A DNA stretch of 64,000 nucleotides, from assembly GCA_964188305.1 (NCBI GenBank), contig OZ076889.1; one strand, written 5' to 3'. The DNA is from Podarcis bocagei (lineage: Eukaryota). The translations under genes and the position numbers were made by a program. Of the stretch, positions 1 to 14,081 are shown piece after piece (position 1 is the stretch's first letter; every line of letters begins with the position of its first letter). The notes under the pieces were generated by a model that made no database searches, was not told where the DNA came from, and saw only the letters and a list, made by a program, of their open reading frames with translations.

Positions 1-3000
1 AGTGGTACTAGGAGATTATTGGGGTGCAATAACTACACTTGTGAGTTGCCACTCTTCTGTCTTAAGTGCAGGGCAGAGCATAAAACACACTTTGTTTTTG
101 AAGGACAGCACCATGGGATATTTATGCTAGTAGCCTTGCCATGTGGAAATTAGAAAGCCCAGCCCTGCAGGTAAGTCAACTTCTAGATAGTGGTGTTAAA
201 CTGGGTGCATAGTGGAAAACTGTAGCAAGAACTTCAATGCAGCTTTGAGACCTGAAGAAAACAGCAGCCCTGGGTTGGTTTGCATACAGTTCTCATCCTG
301 CCTTGCACTGTAGAGATATTTAGCAGGAAGGTTAATTTGCGTCCATATGCCAGTGGTAAGGCACAAGTATTGTATGCAAAAAGATCCCAGGTTCCATCCA
401 TTTTGCCCTCAAGTATCACTGGGAATGTCCTGTTTGAGAGCCACTGCCCATCCGAGTAGACAGCACTGGGATAGGTGGCCTGACTCAGTATAAGACAGTT
501 TCCTACATTCCTAACATCTTAAGGGTTGTTTTCAGCCAAAGGTGTATGGGAAGTACCTGTGTTTTTCTAATGCTCTGATGATCTGCTAGATGGGAAGAGC
601 AGGTAGGACAAGCAGATTTGCCCAAAGGCCTACAGAATGCTGTATTGATCTTAGATTAATTTATCTAATTTCTCAATTAGGAGAGTTGAAGCAGCTTTCG
701 GCTGGGAGCCTTCTCCCCCCCCCCACTCCCGCCCCCGCAACCAACGTCACTCTTGGCTAGTAGAGGGAGCATTGTGCATGTTCGAGTTTAGAGGGAAAGC
801 GAATCCATTCCAACCTAAGGACCAAAGATGCACCAAAGGCAGCAGCATCTCCTGTTCTATATTGTCCGGCTGCCAAAAACATTTATGGTTTCTTTGCTGA
901 TCCCAGAGGGATAAGCCATATTATCTTTGCTACCTAGTGTTTGCACTGATCCCTGAAGGGCCTTCCTGTTTCATTTGTTGCACCAGATACCAATGTCTTG
1001 GACGTATTGACTCCCTGTTCAGGTTGTTGGAACAGGAAGGATGTAGACACTGGCACCACTCCCAGGCCTCTGTTTTACTGAAGGACCATCAGTCCTGCTC
1101 AGTTCAAGCTCATCATCTAAAGAATACAGTGGTGAATGCGGGCCTGACGCTTTTATGTTTGCCTTGGTTGTGTTCCATTTAGTCACCATGGTGGTCCTCG
1201 GACCTTTTGGTGCTGATAGGGGGAAAACAGATTCTAGCCATGAAGATGGTTGAGCAAGGCTCAGGCTTTATACAAGCTGCAGATTCATGGAGCAAAAGGC
1301 CTCAAAAAACTGTCCTGTGAGGGCAAAATATTTAGCCAAGGAAGATCTCTTGTGCAAGCTTCTTCATTGGCTTAGCTTGGACCAAATCAGTCCTGCTTAC
1401 CATGTTCATTTTAATATTTTGGCTGCACAGCCAAATAGCGACTTATACTTTTGTGTTTGTAGGAATAGACAGAGAGAGAGCACTGGTGGAGTTCTGAGCA
1501 TGCAGAATAAGGCAGTCCCTGTGCTTCAGCAGCCTCTGTGGCAATAATGTCTCCCTTCCTATTCTGGCCACCAAGGCAAGACTTAAGTACCAATATTGGC
1601 TTTAAGGTTCTGAGCTGCCTGTCAGCCTTTGCCACCTGTAAGGAATTCTGAGCTTGAAAGAACAGCTTGGCTAATGCAGACAAAGCATGGGGTTCTTGGG
1701 TGTTGTACGCTGACCTCCCATGGGTTGTAGGTTTCTTTGAATTCTTTGTTTTTCAGCTAGCTAGCTAGGATTAGGCCTCAGGTCTAGCTGGGCGGCAGTA
1801 ACTGTCTCTGTTTTGTGCCATTCCAGCCCGCAGGTGAGAACTGAATGTTCCTCCATATACAAAAACGAAACAAGAATCCTGCCGTGTAGAAAACTAGCAT
1901 GACAGAAGGCATCTCCTTTCCTGCATAGGATAGGTTTGTTGGTTTGTTTGTACGGAGGAGCATTCCATTGTGTGATCTTCCCCTTTCAATCTCAAATGGT
2001 ACAGCCCAGAAACTAGGCCTTAAAAATAGGTGGTTCCTGCCCAAATGGGCCATTGCAAGCAGAGTAATCCCAGGATCATTCGTGTACAGGCAGAGTTAAA
2101 CCACTTTGGTTGTAGGGGTGAGTAAATACCTTGATGGTAATGCACTTTGGGGCTTGGCTCTGCTTCTTTTTCCTTCCTCACCAACTTTACTACAGAGATG
2201 GAAAGGGAGAGCCATCACCAGCTGCTTAAAAATGCTCTAGAAATGTGAAGAAAAGAAATGGGAGGGACTCTTTAAAGGTCTTCCGCATGCTTCCCTGCAA
2301 GTTTTCTTAATCAAACCTAAAAAGCTACAATTGCAGCCCTGTTCACTCTGCACATTGCTACCATGGTATCACCACCTGTGGGTTGTGCTCCTAAGCCCCA
2401 TGAAGTGAGACTTGGGTTTATTTATTAATCAGACCTGCAGGACCATATGCAATAGTGCCTATGCTTAATCAGAAGGGGAAAAAGCACTGCAGCATCTCTG
2501 AAAAGATAGCTTTGGTACTGGTTTGTTCTTTTTTTAAAAAACAAATATGTCAATCCCCATTAAAGGGTACATTAAATTTGTTCCCGATTAAGGGTAGATA
2601 AAATTTGTGCCTCTCTTAGCTTTTAATGCTGCCACTGGCAAAGATAGGGTTTTAAGGCATCCTTGCAGAAGGGTGTCCTTGTGGAGTTCTGAATCTGTCC
2701 ATGAGATTCTTCTTCTTAACCTAGACATGGCACCATCCCTAATCAGATGCCATCGCAACAGCACCACTGTAGTGCCAGGAAGTCCCAATAGCAGAGGGAA
2801 GGATCACATGTTTCTGTCCACGAAGATCAAAAGGTGCCTTTGCAGGTTGTAAGCATGGTGGAATAATGAGCTCTTCATCCCTCAGAGATTCTCATGAGGT
2901 TCTGCAATGTCCTGCTTTCTTCAATAGTGGGTGAGCACTGGAATCTATGGGTGCGCGCACATTTGTGCCAGTGTGCCAGTCTTTGTGTACAGTTCCTAGT

Positions 3001-3239
3001 CACTGCAGGCATCTATACATTTGGATAAAGGCTGCCAAACCAATTTGTATTATTTTGTTACAGTGAATTACAGTGCTGATTATCTCCCCAGGTTATGCTT
3101 TTTTTGCCTCCTCTTACCTACAGCTGTAGAACCTGATGCCAGTTCTCTCCCAGATCTGCCACTGTTTGGTGGGATTACTTTGCTTTGATCTGCAAAATAC
3201 TAACATTTATAACTGTTTCTAGTGCAGAAGCCCTGTTAA

Positions 3240-3345
3240 GTCTGTTGCAACGAGAGCAGCAAAGAGTCTTGTTTCACCTTTAAAGCCCAATACATTTATT
3301 ATGGTGCAAACAAATATATGCCATAATATAAATTTTGTTGATTTG
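3240..3345. mobile_element. Degenerate Penelope-like pLTR remnant, apparently also with an inverted piece
   Basis: aaagagtcttgtttcacctttaaagcccaatacatttattatggtgca followed by a partial reverse complement gccataatataaattttgttg. Resembles the 29.8 kb element type. Confidence 0.4.
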
Positions 3346-4586
3346 CAACTGTGTGATGTGTTATGTAAAGCTTGCAAACGTCACTTCCTTCCCTGGATTG
3401 GCAATTCATGCTTCTAAACAGTGTCGCTTGAGGCTTATCGGTTCTTAATTCACACTAAAGAAAGGGGTCCGTGTGGGTGTGGGTGGCAGAATCTACCGTA
3501 TGTGGCACTCCAAATTGCCTCATTGACAATCATGTGATGGCTGCAAAATTCATAAGGTTGGATAGAGAGCTGCTTTTTTGTGAATGGAAAGGACTGGAAT
3601 CCAGCAGAGGCTCTTGCTGAAAGGAATTGGGGCAATTTCACCATTCCCCATCTTCCATGTCCTCTGGAAGAGCTTTTCAGGGTGAAGTCATCCTGGGCTC
3701 CTGCAGTCTTAAATGGAATTCTGCTTATGGGAAGTCTGGATCCAGCTCATAGCTTAAATTTACCTTGAGTTAGCATTTATATTGCCAATTCACATGTGGC
3801 TATAAAGGTGATGTCTACGTAAACAGATGGCAGTAAGATACAAAGTAATCTATAGCCCCATAATAAGATGCTGTGCATGTGGATGCATATATCTATTGAT
3901 ATTTCAAGAGGCATGTAGACAGTTTGCGAGGGCTCAGGTCCATTGAAGATGCCTCTATATCAATAGCGGTTATGGGCATAGATTAATCTTACTGAATTAG
4001 AACAAATATGTTTGAAGAATTTGAAGTTTGCAAGCAAAAAGGATCGGATGCACTGCAAAACGGCAACATCGCCACACAAACCCAGTTCTGTTAATCTTCC
4101 CCTGCTGATAAATGATCCAGGGTGTCCTCTTTGAAACCAATGATGTGGAAATATTAGCACTAAGAACCAGGTCAGAACACACAGCCATTAATGAATGGTG
4201 TCTCCAACTTCTACAGTTTAAAATGGGGGAGCTGTAACTTTAATACACAATATAAATGTATTTTGGTTTTAATTTCTTTTTCTATAAAGGGGGAGAAAAA
4301 GTGAACCAACTCAAGCCATCTGAGCCTCATCCAAATCCCATCATTTGTGTGTACTTATATATAAAATGATATAGAGATCTATTAACATAAACGAAACCCT
4401 CTTGTAAGCAATGCATGATGTCTAGCCAGTATGTAAGTAGCAGCAGCATGCAAAGAGCAGAACCCATAGACCATGTGTGTCATTGCCCATTTTCTAGAAT
4501 ACAGTCAGGCTACAGAGTTATTTTTAAAATGTGGTGTGAATGAATTTATTTTACCTAATAAGATGGGGGGAGGGGACTGTAAAAAA

Positions 4587-4657
4587 AATAAATAAGAGAG
4601 AGTGGTTGTAACAATGTAAGTTTATTTTCAATAAAAAGTAATAATTTTTTTAATAAA
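4587..4657 (+). terminator. Cluster of + strand AATAAA signals, likely the 3' end of a convergent neighbouring gene (SYT2 by synteny)
   Basis: AATAAA at 4587-4592, 4630-4635 and 4652-4657 after a repeat-poor UTR-like region. Gene identity rests only on recalled mammalian PPP1R12B-SYT2 tail-to-tail synteny. Confidence 0.45.
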
Positions 4658-5286
4658 AAAGCAACAAAGCATGCCTGATCCATTTAAAAAAATATTCATA
4701 GAAGCGTTGTATGGGGTGGGGTGGGGGATACAACACCAACAATATGGCAGTGGATTTCATCAGTGTGTTGTAATCTATATTTACAAAACTGTAACTTGTT
4801 GCATTTTTACCATGTCCTAGTAGCAGCAACATTGCCGCTTCAATGTTCTGTGTCGTGCTGAAGCATTTCACTGTTGAAGCAAATTTAGAAGCCATATTAG
4901 ATCACAGGCTGCCAGGATCCTGAAACTGGGATTGGCTGACAGGTGATCCCCAGTCTCTCCTCTCCCTCGCTAATGTTTCCCCGCCTCTGTCTTTGTCTAT
5001 TGTGCCGTCCATGTCTTACGTTATTCCTGGAGACGTTTGTGTATGACAGAGACCCAGCTTGGAGGCTGTGGCTTCACTTTGGGTTGGAGCTCTGAAGGAA
5101 AGCCGTCAAGTATAGGCCTTTCGACACTGGCTGTGAATAACATCGTTCTGACGTTCTTTCTTGCTCAACAGTCAGGATTAGCTTCAGCATTTGAGGCAGC
5201 CATTCAGGGATCAAAACACCCTGGCAGATCACATCGGTGCTGGTGTCTCTGTTAACCCTCTTGTCTACCCATCTTCCCCAGTTGAA

Positions 5287-5420
5287 GGCTTATCTGGTGG
5301 CAGTGGATGGATCTGGGAAGACCACTGTTAATACTTTCCCATGATGCCCTGGAACACCCAACATAGCATTATGGGAAATTTCAATTGTTCTTAGCCACCT
5401 CAACTGCTACCAGATAAGCC
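5287..5420. repeat. Inverted repeat (MITE-like hairpin)
   Basis: ggcttatctggtggcagt (5287-5304) pairs with actgctaccagataagcc (5403-5420). Inner ttcccatgatgc pairs with gcattatgggaa. Confidence 0.6.
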
Positions 5421-7059
5421 AATAGTTTTTCTTAAAAACCACAATTGGAGCAGTGGGCAGGCATGGGGAAGGTCTATAGTTCCTATATCAGCATGATATG
5501 TTCATCTAGAGCAGGAGACCCTCTGGGTGTTTTCAGACTCCCAACTCCATCAGTCTCAGCCACCTTGAGCTGTAGTCCAGTAATGGCTGGATGACACCAT
5601 GCCCAGAGGAAGTTTTGGGTAGTGGATGGGAAGGATTCAAAGGGAGTAGTGCTCACCTTGGGGAGGAGAATAGGAAGTGGGATAGTTTATTTCAAGCTAG
5701 GCCAGACAGCGACCCTGTTTAGGCAAAACTCTCACATCTTCTTTGAATGCATGTTTAGCAGAACAGGAAGGGGCACACCTGCATTGGCTGTGAACCCCCA
5801 ACTTGCAGTTAAAAGTCTGAACATGGCCCATCGATACATGGCAGGGCTTCACAGGAATCTTATCTGGTCAAGGATTTCCCAGTGTGTTCACTGCCAGTGA
5901 GGTTTTGTCTGAAGAAGGGGCTGTCTGTGGGGGGAAAGGAAAATGGTGGCATCCTCAAGCAATGAGATTGCTGGGCCCTTTAAGCCACTTCTGTAACACC
6001 CAGTTCTGAAAGGAATTATAGGACTATTTTTTGAAAAAGCCTCTGTTCCAAGCGATTGTTGATCCAAGTTTTCTGGCCATAGCACCACTTCATGAGGTGT
6101 GTGTTGTGAATGAGCTTGGCAAAAAACCCCCACCCAATATAGTGCGAACTGGGCTTTATCTCAGCTTATCACCAGCGCTATAGAACTGCAGGATGACATC
6201 AAAAAAGTGGCAGGTAGCAGGAACGTTATGGATGTATGGAGTACAGATTTGGACATGATGACCCAGGTCACAGCAGGCTGCTAAAATCTGCTATCCTTCA
6301 TGCAGGTGTATAGTGCAATGTGGCAAAGTGGGATTGTTAAAGGCAGCACTTCAAGGTTTGAAAAGTTGGCAAGTCCATTTGAGGAGTGGCAGATATACAG
6401 AACGTAAACTCAAGAGGTGGCCTAGGTGATACACACCCACACATCCGAAAAAGGCTAGAGAAAGGCTTCAGACCTTTGATATTCTGAGGCAAGGTTTTTG
6501 CTTCCTTTGCCTTCTCTTCTAGCCAGGCCCTCTGTCACATACAAATGTCCTGAACCAACTCATTTCTTGGCCCCACTTCATTCCCACCATTTCTGGTGCA
6601 GCCTGAGCTCTGCAGCACTGACCTTCAACCCCCACCCCTCTCTGCAGGAAGCTGCTTTTAATGCTCCCTTTCCTGTCCTCATGTGGACCGTTTCTGTCTC
6701 TATTGTTAAACTGTTATTTTGTAATGATATGCGTCTCCTTATTAAAGAAACTAGCTGAAAGACCCAGCTGTTCTCTGTTTTCCTGTTATTTACATAAGTG
6801 CATTTTTCTTAATAGGAATACTTATTGGATCTCAGAATTAGGAGAGACTCAGCTGGAGGACAAAGTCCCTTTACAGAAGAGGGGATTTTGGCAGTGATCC
6901 CATGTTCAAAAGAAATTGGTGGATAGTGAGGGGAGAACCATCCCTGTTTGCATTTCCAAAAGAATTTACACAGTAGAAACATCCAACAGGCAAATCAGTG
7001 ATTCAAGTGTCAGGCGTCATACCTTTCTCATGGAGTCATCTCATATATTACATCCAGTG

Positions 7060-7320
7060 TTGTCTTCTTCCTTGGCAATCACTTGTAGCCGACGAAGATT
7101 GTCTTCCATGAATATGGGCTTAAAAGTGTGTCCATAGACGACTGTGGAGGCCAATTCTGGATCTGCACATCTTTCTACAGTGGGGACATAGGTTTCCGGG
7201 TAGGAGTTGATAGCGGTGAGGATTTGCCAAACGTGCCTTCCTCTTAGCTCGTTTCTCCCTTTCATCCCGAGTTCGTGCTGCTCTCCAACTGCAGCGCTCG
7301 CAGGGAGCCATTCCATCTAT
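7060..7320 (-). mobile_element. RTE-clade (BovB-like) LINE 3' fragment
   Basis: Translation CPHCRKMCRSRIGLHSRLWTH is the C-terminal Zn-finger-like RIGLxSH motif of RTE ORF2. Confidence 0.75.
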
Positions 7321-7704
7321 TACATCCACTGTTGTAGAATTCTGCACTGTACCAATGCAGACTGCAGGGGAGAGCCTATTAATGCTCTTCCCATATTAGC
7401 AATTTTTGAAAAGGCCATGGAGCAAACTACCAGGGGGAAAGGACTGCCCTTTGCCCAGTGGCTAATTTGCTATATGCAGGCAGCTTTTAATTGTTGTGGG
7501 GAAGGGGGCTGGCAGGGGGGCCCACTGAAGACTTCATTAATCTAATTACAAAATGGTTTCAAAATAATTGAAAATCCTCACAACAGGGCATAAAATGTAG
7601 CTTCTGTTCTATTCATTTCTAAAAAGTATGTGTTGGCAAACATTCAATTCAAGCAAAGGCTTTCCACTTTTTAGTCAATTTCAACTCTCATGTATGGAAG
7701 GCAT

Positions 7705-7767
7705 AGGTAAAGGCAAAGGGACCCCTGACCATTAGGTCCTGTCATGGCCGACTCTGGGGTTGCGGCG
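7705..7767 (+). mobile_element. Sauria SINE 5' fragment
   Basis: aggtaaaggcaaagggacccctgaccattaggtcc...gactctggggttgcggcg. Confidence 0.8.
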
Positions 7768-8119
7768 TTAGCCATTAGATATAAAAATGTGGCATATTGC
7801 CATTGTTTCATTCACATGTCTCTTTATCACAGTTCAACAGCCCCTTCATATTGTCCTGGTCCATATTTCCAATGGCAAGGAAATGTAGCAAATGCTAAGT
7901 TAAGAGAGATGATAGGATCTACATCACTTGGCTCTTCATGCAGTTTGAGACTTTCACGTGTTGCTATTATTTTCGGCCACTGCATCAAGTTTCCCATCTG
8001 ACTAAGACAAATGTAACTTTAGTTCAAAGCAAACATTCATGAGGAGATGGGAAACTTCTACTTCCCCCAGTGACTCACCAAAGCATCCTAAGACCATGCT
8101 CTCACTATTAAGATAAACT

Positions 8120-11100
8120 CAGGCTGTGTTAAAGCACTTTATTCATTTATAAATACTGTTGTGTTTACAAGCATCATAGATGTGAATATTATCCCCAAAC
8201 TTTCAAACATATACTTAGAATACTATATAACAATCAAGAAAACAAAAACCATTCATCTCAACAGTTTGAAAGGCCACTCAAAAAATTGCATAAAAATACA
8301 TTCTTTCTCATCACTCACAGGCTAGTCTTTTCTCCAAGTAGTGTATTTACAACAATCTGTAAAACTCTCCTTAAAACAGGTAAGTACAGAATACTTGCAG
8401 CTTGGGAAGTTAGCGAGCCAAGTGCATAACACCACTCTTTTCCACGAGTTAGCATTTGCAGAGGGGACTTGTTACTAGATTCCTCAACAACATGATGGAA
8501 GCAAGGGGAGGGGACAACACAAGAGGCCCTGTGGCAACAGCTCGGGCTGTGCTGTTTTTCGAGAGTATTTACTGAGAACACCCTGAAAGTCACATACGCC
8601 AAGGGTCTGATTTGCCCCAGGAAAAGAGAGAACAGTTGTCAGGGGAAAGGAACAGAGGAAGGAAAGAATTGCCCCTAGGAATTGGGTTAAATTTCACCTG
8701 TGAGCTGCTTGTGGAGTTAATCTTGGTAAAAAGCCCTTCATGGAGCATGCTGCTTCTAGGAGAATCATGCAAAAGGATTTCCAAACATGAAGGTGATCAT
8801 GATCCAAACCTAAGTCACTCAGGGAAAAGGCCTTGGGGAGTCTGCTAGCTTGAAATAAACTTAAAATTGCTTTTTGAAACAGGCCCCTTAACATCGCTGA
8901 AAGAAGGAGTACATCCAAAAATGCTGGACTTCGAGTTGAGAAGCTGCCTTGTGCAACAGGTGGGCTAATATGGCAGGAGTGAAGTAGAATAAAGGAAAAC
9001 AAAGATGAAAGTAGGGGGCATCAGTGTGAGTGCAAAGGACAAATTTCTATCTCGGGGTGGGCGGGGGGGGGGGGGAGACATTTCTGCCTTCTGACTCGCT
9101 TGCAAGGAGTCCCAGCAAAAGATGGTCACTCTCAGATACAGATGAACACCCATTCAAAAAAATTGGAGACATGTTTGTTAAGGAGAATCTGCATTTGAAT
9201 CAAAGTGGGAATTTGGAAGTCGTCCAGAAACGTGCTAAGACCCTGCTCACAAACAACTCTCTAATTCAGATAGAATTATAGTGGTTATGGGGGAAAGCAA
9301 ACATGATACAGTAGAAATCATCTCTCAAGTATATTTTGATTTCAATCATGATTTCTATTCACTGTCAGTAAATCCAAGGCCTTGGCGACCTACCATCACT
9401 TGGTAATGGCAGAATGGGCAGGGCAGGGGAGAGATATTCAGTCAATATCCTTTGTGGGGAAAAGGACTACATTCTGCTCTTTACCATCTACAGGCATACA
9501 TTAAGTTCACCAGCCTTGGGAACAGACTAGCTATTCCCTAATGAAAAACAACTGTTAAGTCTCCCAAGTACAGTCAGGGAGTTGAATACGACTTGACCTA
9601 TTGGCAAATATCATCATGGCAAGACTTAACATTCCTGGTTATCCCATGAGAATAAGACTTTTAAATGCTAATGAACAGCCACCGACTGTATTGTATCCAC
9701 AGCCCTTATAAGAAGTCAGTCCTATGGCATCAAATACTTTGCTATCAGATTTCTATAGACTGGCTTCTGATAATAATTATTCCTATGTGGACTAGAAACC
9801 ACCAATAAATCTGAAATTAGCTGATTTGATAAAACACAGTGCACTCTTAAACCCTGACTTACTGAAGATGACTGACTGGATTATATCTGGTCAGATCTCT
9901 AGAGTCATTCTTTAATTCCTTCCATTAACAGTAAATCAATATGGACAGTGCACAGATGCTGCATCATCAGCTGTCACAAAATACAGATCAAATCAAGTAC
10001 ACATGCTCTTGCAGCTCTAAATCTACCCCCCCCCCACTTAAAATTCCATTTCCATTCCACTGGTTAAGAGTTCTCTGCATATGACAGCTGTTCATCCATA
10101 TTATTCATGTTGTACTTTAGCAGTACAACACAACCTCCTTTAATGCAAGGCATTCAACCACAATATGTCAGCTCTCAATACTACTTCTGTATCTGCATTT
10201 GTTTCCTTCAACTTGGCCCTTTTGCATGCCTCTAGTTTCTTCTGAAACTTTGCTTCAGACCAACAAGCCACCGCACATAAACCTCGCGTTCACAATTTGC
10301 AAGCAATGAAACCTGCTCCTTCCTTACTCCAAGCTCTGCTTCTTACATCAAAAAAGTTGCACTGGAACTTCAACACAGATGTGGAAGAGGTTTCTAAGAC
10401 CTTCGACATGCAAGTACGTCTTAGGATGTACACTGAGCTGTAGAAGCTTCTGGGAGTAAGAAAGCAGTGAGGCAGAATAGTTTAAAGAAAAACCACCCAG
10501 TGCCTTCCAGTTAAAAGCTCTCACAGCTCACAGAATAAACTTGCAGTGCTTTCTCCGCATAATTTGTACTTTATGTAGAGAATATTCTAGCAGACTTCAC
10601 ACTTATAACTAACATTATATAAAATCCATTGGAACACTAAAACGCACCAGTACAAAGCAATCATAATTCAGTAGCAGTAATATTTTCTCTCTGGGTTTTC
10701 TTAAAAACAGGCATGAATTTGCTTATGAGTAGACTGTCCTGAATTGTCTACTCCCTTGGTTAAAACATTGTATTAAAATAATAGCCTGCATTTGAACAAT
10801 CATATATCAGCTTAATCAATCAAGATATGATTTTGCTCCTGTACACAGCCCCTCGGCTGCTCCCTTTTGAGTGAGTTGTGTTTCAACAAGGGCCTCTATT
10901 TACCAGTGTTTTCCAGTTTGTGAAACTATGGCTACCAGCTTTAGAACAAGACAGGATTGTCAAACCAAATTCAAACTAAGATTTAAGATCCAGGCTTTCC
11001 CCCAAGTTATTCCTGGTTTAGTCACAGCTTGGACAAAATAACAGCATGATGGGGGGGGGGCAGAACTCTCATTCATACCTCAGTTTTTTAAGATGAGATG

Positions 11101-13994
11101 GTTGTCCAATCCAGGCCAGTGTTAACTTTAATACTGGAATAAAAATGGGTTCTCAGGTGATTGGTTTAGGGAAGCCTTACTAAGGAAGACAAAGCTATGT
11201 ATTAAAATAAGTAAAAAATTGATTATCTGTTACATGACATGAAGCCCAGAATGTCAGACACAGGATACTTGGAGGACAACACTGATATTGGTGACCCCCC
11301 AAAATAATCTGCTTAAGTAACTTTCAGTAGCACTAGACATCATAGTGTTTTGGCTTGTCACGAGGATTAATTTGCTCACATAATTTCAGGCTGGACAGAA
11401 TTCAAGTTTAAATATCAAATCCCAACGTTAAAAAGTCTCAACTTCATAGGTCACCATCCTTCATGCTGTATCACTGTGGCCATCTGTGGTCCTTCAGATG
11501 CTGCTGGACTCCAACTCCCACCATCCCTGGCCATGTTGTGTGGGGCTGGGGGGAATTGGAGCCCTCCAACTTCTGCAGGGCCACAGGCAAGCCATCCTTG
11601 CTGCATTAGTCACCATAGTCTCTGTCTTTTAAGGTCCGCACAATAAACTGTGAAATATACTTAACCTACTATATGCTTAGTGAGAACTGGCAACAGAATG
11701 TAGGGATCATTATAGAAAGGACCATAAGCACCAGATGCCTGCTCCTTCTGTGCTGTTAAATGGCAGAGTCTGAAAAAGTTCAGCAAAATACTCTCACCAG
11801 TGTAAAATCAGCTAGACTGGTGAGCTACAATGCTTGAGCTGGAAGATACCACTCACAGAGATCAGTGCATGTTGTGGCCAGTATAAAACAACCCCCACAA
11901 GCCTTTCTAGATCTGAAACAAGGTTGGTAGGAAGGTAACTGTTGAAGAAAAGCACTGGATGTAAGAAAAGCAACACATAAAATTAGTAGAGTATAAGAGG
12001 TTGTACCAGGTAATTTATCTGACCCATCCAGAATCCTGACTATCTGCTGTTCTTAAAATGAAACAAATGTCAGAAAATTTTCTGGTGCTTCTTTCTTTTT
12101 TTAAGCAATAGTTTGCTAGGAACTCGGAGTTTACCTTGTTTCTGTTCAAAGGGACAAGCTATGTTCACCATAGTAGAAGCCTGAATTAGTCTTTTGAGGT
12201 GCTTCTATGTAAAGATGATATCCACTGGTTTTTAACTGAATTCATACAGTTCTACTCAGAAACAGAGTGCAAACATATGGAGTCTCCATATTTGAGTGAA
12301 ACAGATTTCTAATTGTGCAATGGGACTTCCAACGTCCTCTCCTTCCTTCTGGTATGCCCTCAAACTTGCTCAAGGGTTGAGGGGCCCCTCTGGAGATTCT
12401 GAGAGTGCATGGGGGTAAGAAAGGAAGATGAAGTCTTGCTGAGTCTCTTTGCACAATTCTGTCTTCATCTCAGAGCTGATTCGTAAGTGATCAAAAAAGC
12501 ACCTTCCCCCTCTGATAAATGCTGAATTAAATGTCTGAATTTCTACTGCTCACTTGTATGCTTTCAAGAGTAGTTATTCTCAGATCCCAAAGTTCCTTAT
12601 TTTAAATAATTGTGAGAATTAAAAGAATGCAGGGAAAGAACAGAGCAAGTCCACTGGCAAGTTGCCATATTGACAGGAAACTCCTTAACAGGTTCTGCAG
12701 ATGAAATCTGGTTCTCTGTAGTATCCAGAAGAACAGAGCGGGCAAATTAGTTGCATCACGATAACCCATAAACATGAATTCGTTCATTTCCAGTATGCAG
12801 AGAAATGGCTTTTTGAGAAATGTAGGCCCTGCTGTTGATGCCCTCATTAAATGCAAATTCATGTCTTACAACTGCGCAAATGATCACAGTATCAAAATTC
12901 TCAGAAATCATAGAATGCTACTGTAAAGACTTTCCACCAAGATTGAGGCTCATCATTTTCCACAGGGATATGCACATCTATCCATCATCCCTCAAACCTT
13001 GCTGTTGTTAAAACTGAGAACACTCACCTATTCAACGGAATGCGTATCCATTGGCAAGTTAACATTTGTTTGCCCAGGTCTTTTGTGAGGTTTTTCATGT
13101 AGAAAAACCAAACGTCTTGCTAATAAAGAAGTATTTTGGCATTGTGTCTATGGGATTTCATTCAATAAGCACTTTTTGCTGGTTAGCTCTCTTTCCACCA
13201 GAAGTCTTGAAAAATCAAGGGGCAAACTGTTAGCCAAAGAATGCAGAGGCTGTAAGATCACATTATTATTAAACAGTACCAAAGAAGGCACCCATGGAAA
13301 AAAACAGCAAGAACCATCAAAGGGTAGCAGGCAAAAGTGAAGCAAAACAGAAAGGGGAGCCAGTGATTGGATCCCCAAATTAAATTATCAAAAATCTTAC
13401 ATTAAATAAATCAGTTAGCTACTGAGACACATGGAAAACACAAGTCTCCAAGCCAAGTGACTGTTGTCAGACTCCCAGAGAAATAAGTCATCATGGCTTT
13501 CACCAGCACCGCAGACTTCCAAATTCCAGAATGGAGATTGATAAATCCTCAGTGGCAATTCCTAGTTTCACTCATTATTCCTACTCCAAGACAGTATCTT
13601 AAGACATGTTGGGTCAACGCTATGGAGTCACTTCTATATCACTTATTACAGTAGATTCTTCTTTACATCAGATTATGGTGGACGGATATGGAGCTTACAG
13701 CAGATTGTTTGGGCAGCTCAGACAGTGCCAACCCAGTCTTTGTCCCTTCAAATGAGTTACTTCAACATTCCAAAAATATTAAAACATGGCAGGGCATGCT
13801 GTGTTGGGGGGAAGGATAAGCACTGTGCAATATGGGAATGCCTAGCAAGGTGCAAAGAGCAGTGAAGGGTGGGGCTAGCTGATCCGTGTCTGAAATGCCA
13901 GCTGCTCTTTCAACTGGAAGATCAGAAGCAGGTGGCAGGGTTGGCAGCATGTGCACAAATATCTCCTCTTTCTGCCCATCCTATGTTCAATATA
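8120..13994 (-). other. PPP1R12B: Putative long 3'UTR of PPP1R12B (~5.9 kb)
   Basis: Repeat-poor stretch after the stop codon, ending in an AT-rich block with minus-strand AATAAA at 8138-8143 and a UGUAAAUA element at 8344-8351. The end point is inferred. Confidence 0.55.
8138..8143 (-). terminator. Candidate polyadenylation signal for PPP1R12B
   Basis: AATAAA on the minus strand at the end of the U-rich UTR-like block. Confidence 0.5.
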
Positions 13995-14081
13995 CTACTT
14001 CGAGAGTTTACTGATGACACGGATGAGGGCTCCATTTTCATCTTTCAGCCGCTGATTGTCGGACTTCAGTTCTGTCAAAAC
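13995..14081 (-). CDS. PPP1R12B: PPP1R12B terminal coding exon (leucine zipper), [28 protein letters not shown]
   Basis: Acceptor ttgaacag. Canonical MYPT leucine-zipper C-terminus. TAG at 13995-13997. Confidence 0.97.
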   Translation of the reverse strand, partial: VLTELKSDNQRLKDENGALIRVISKLSK

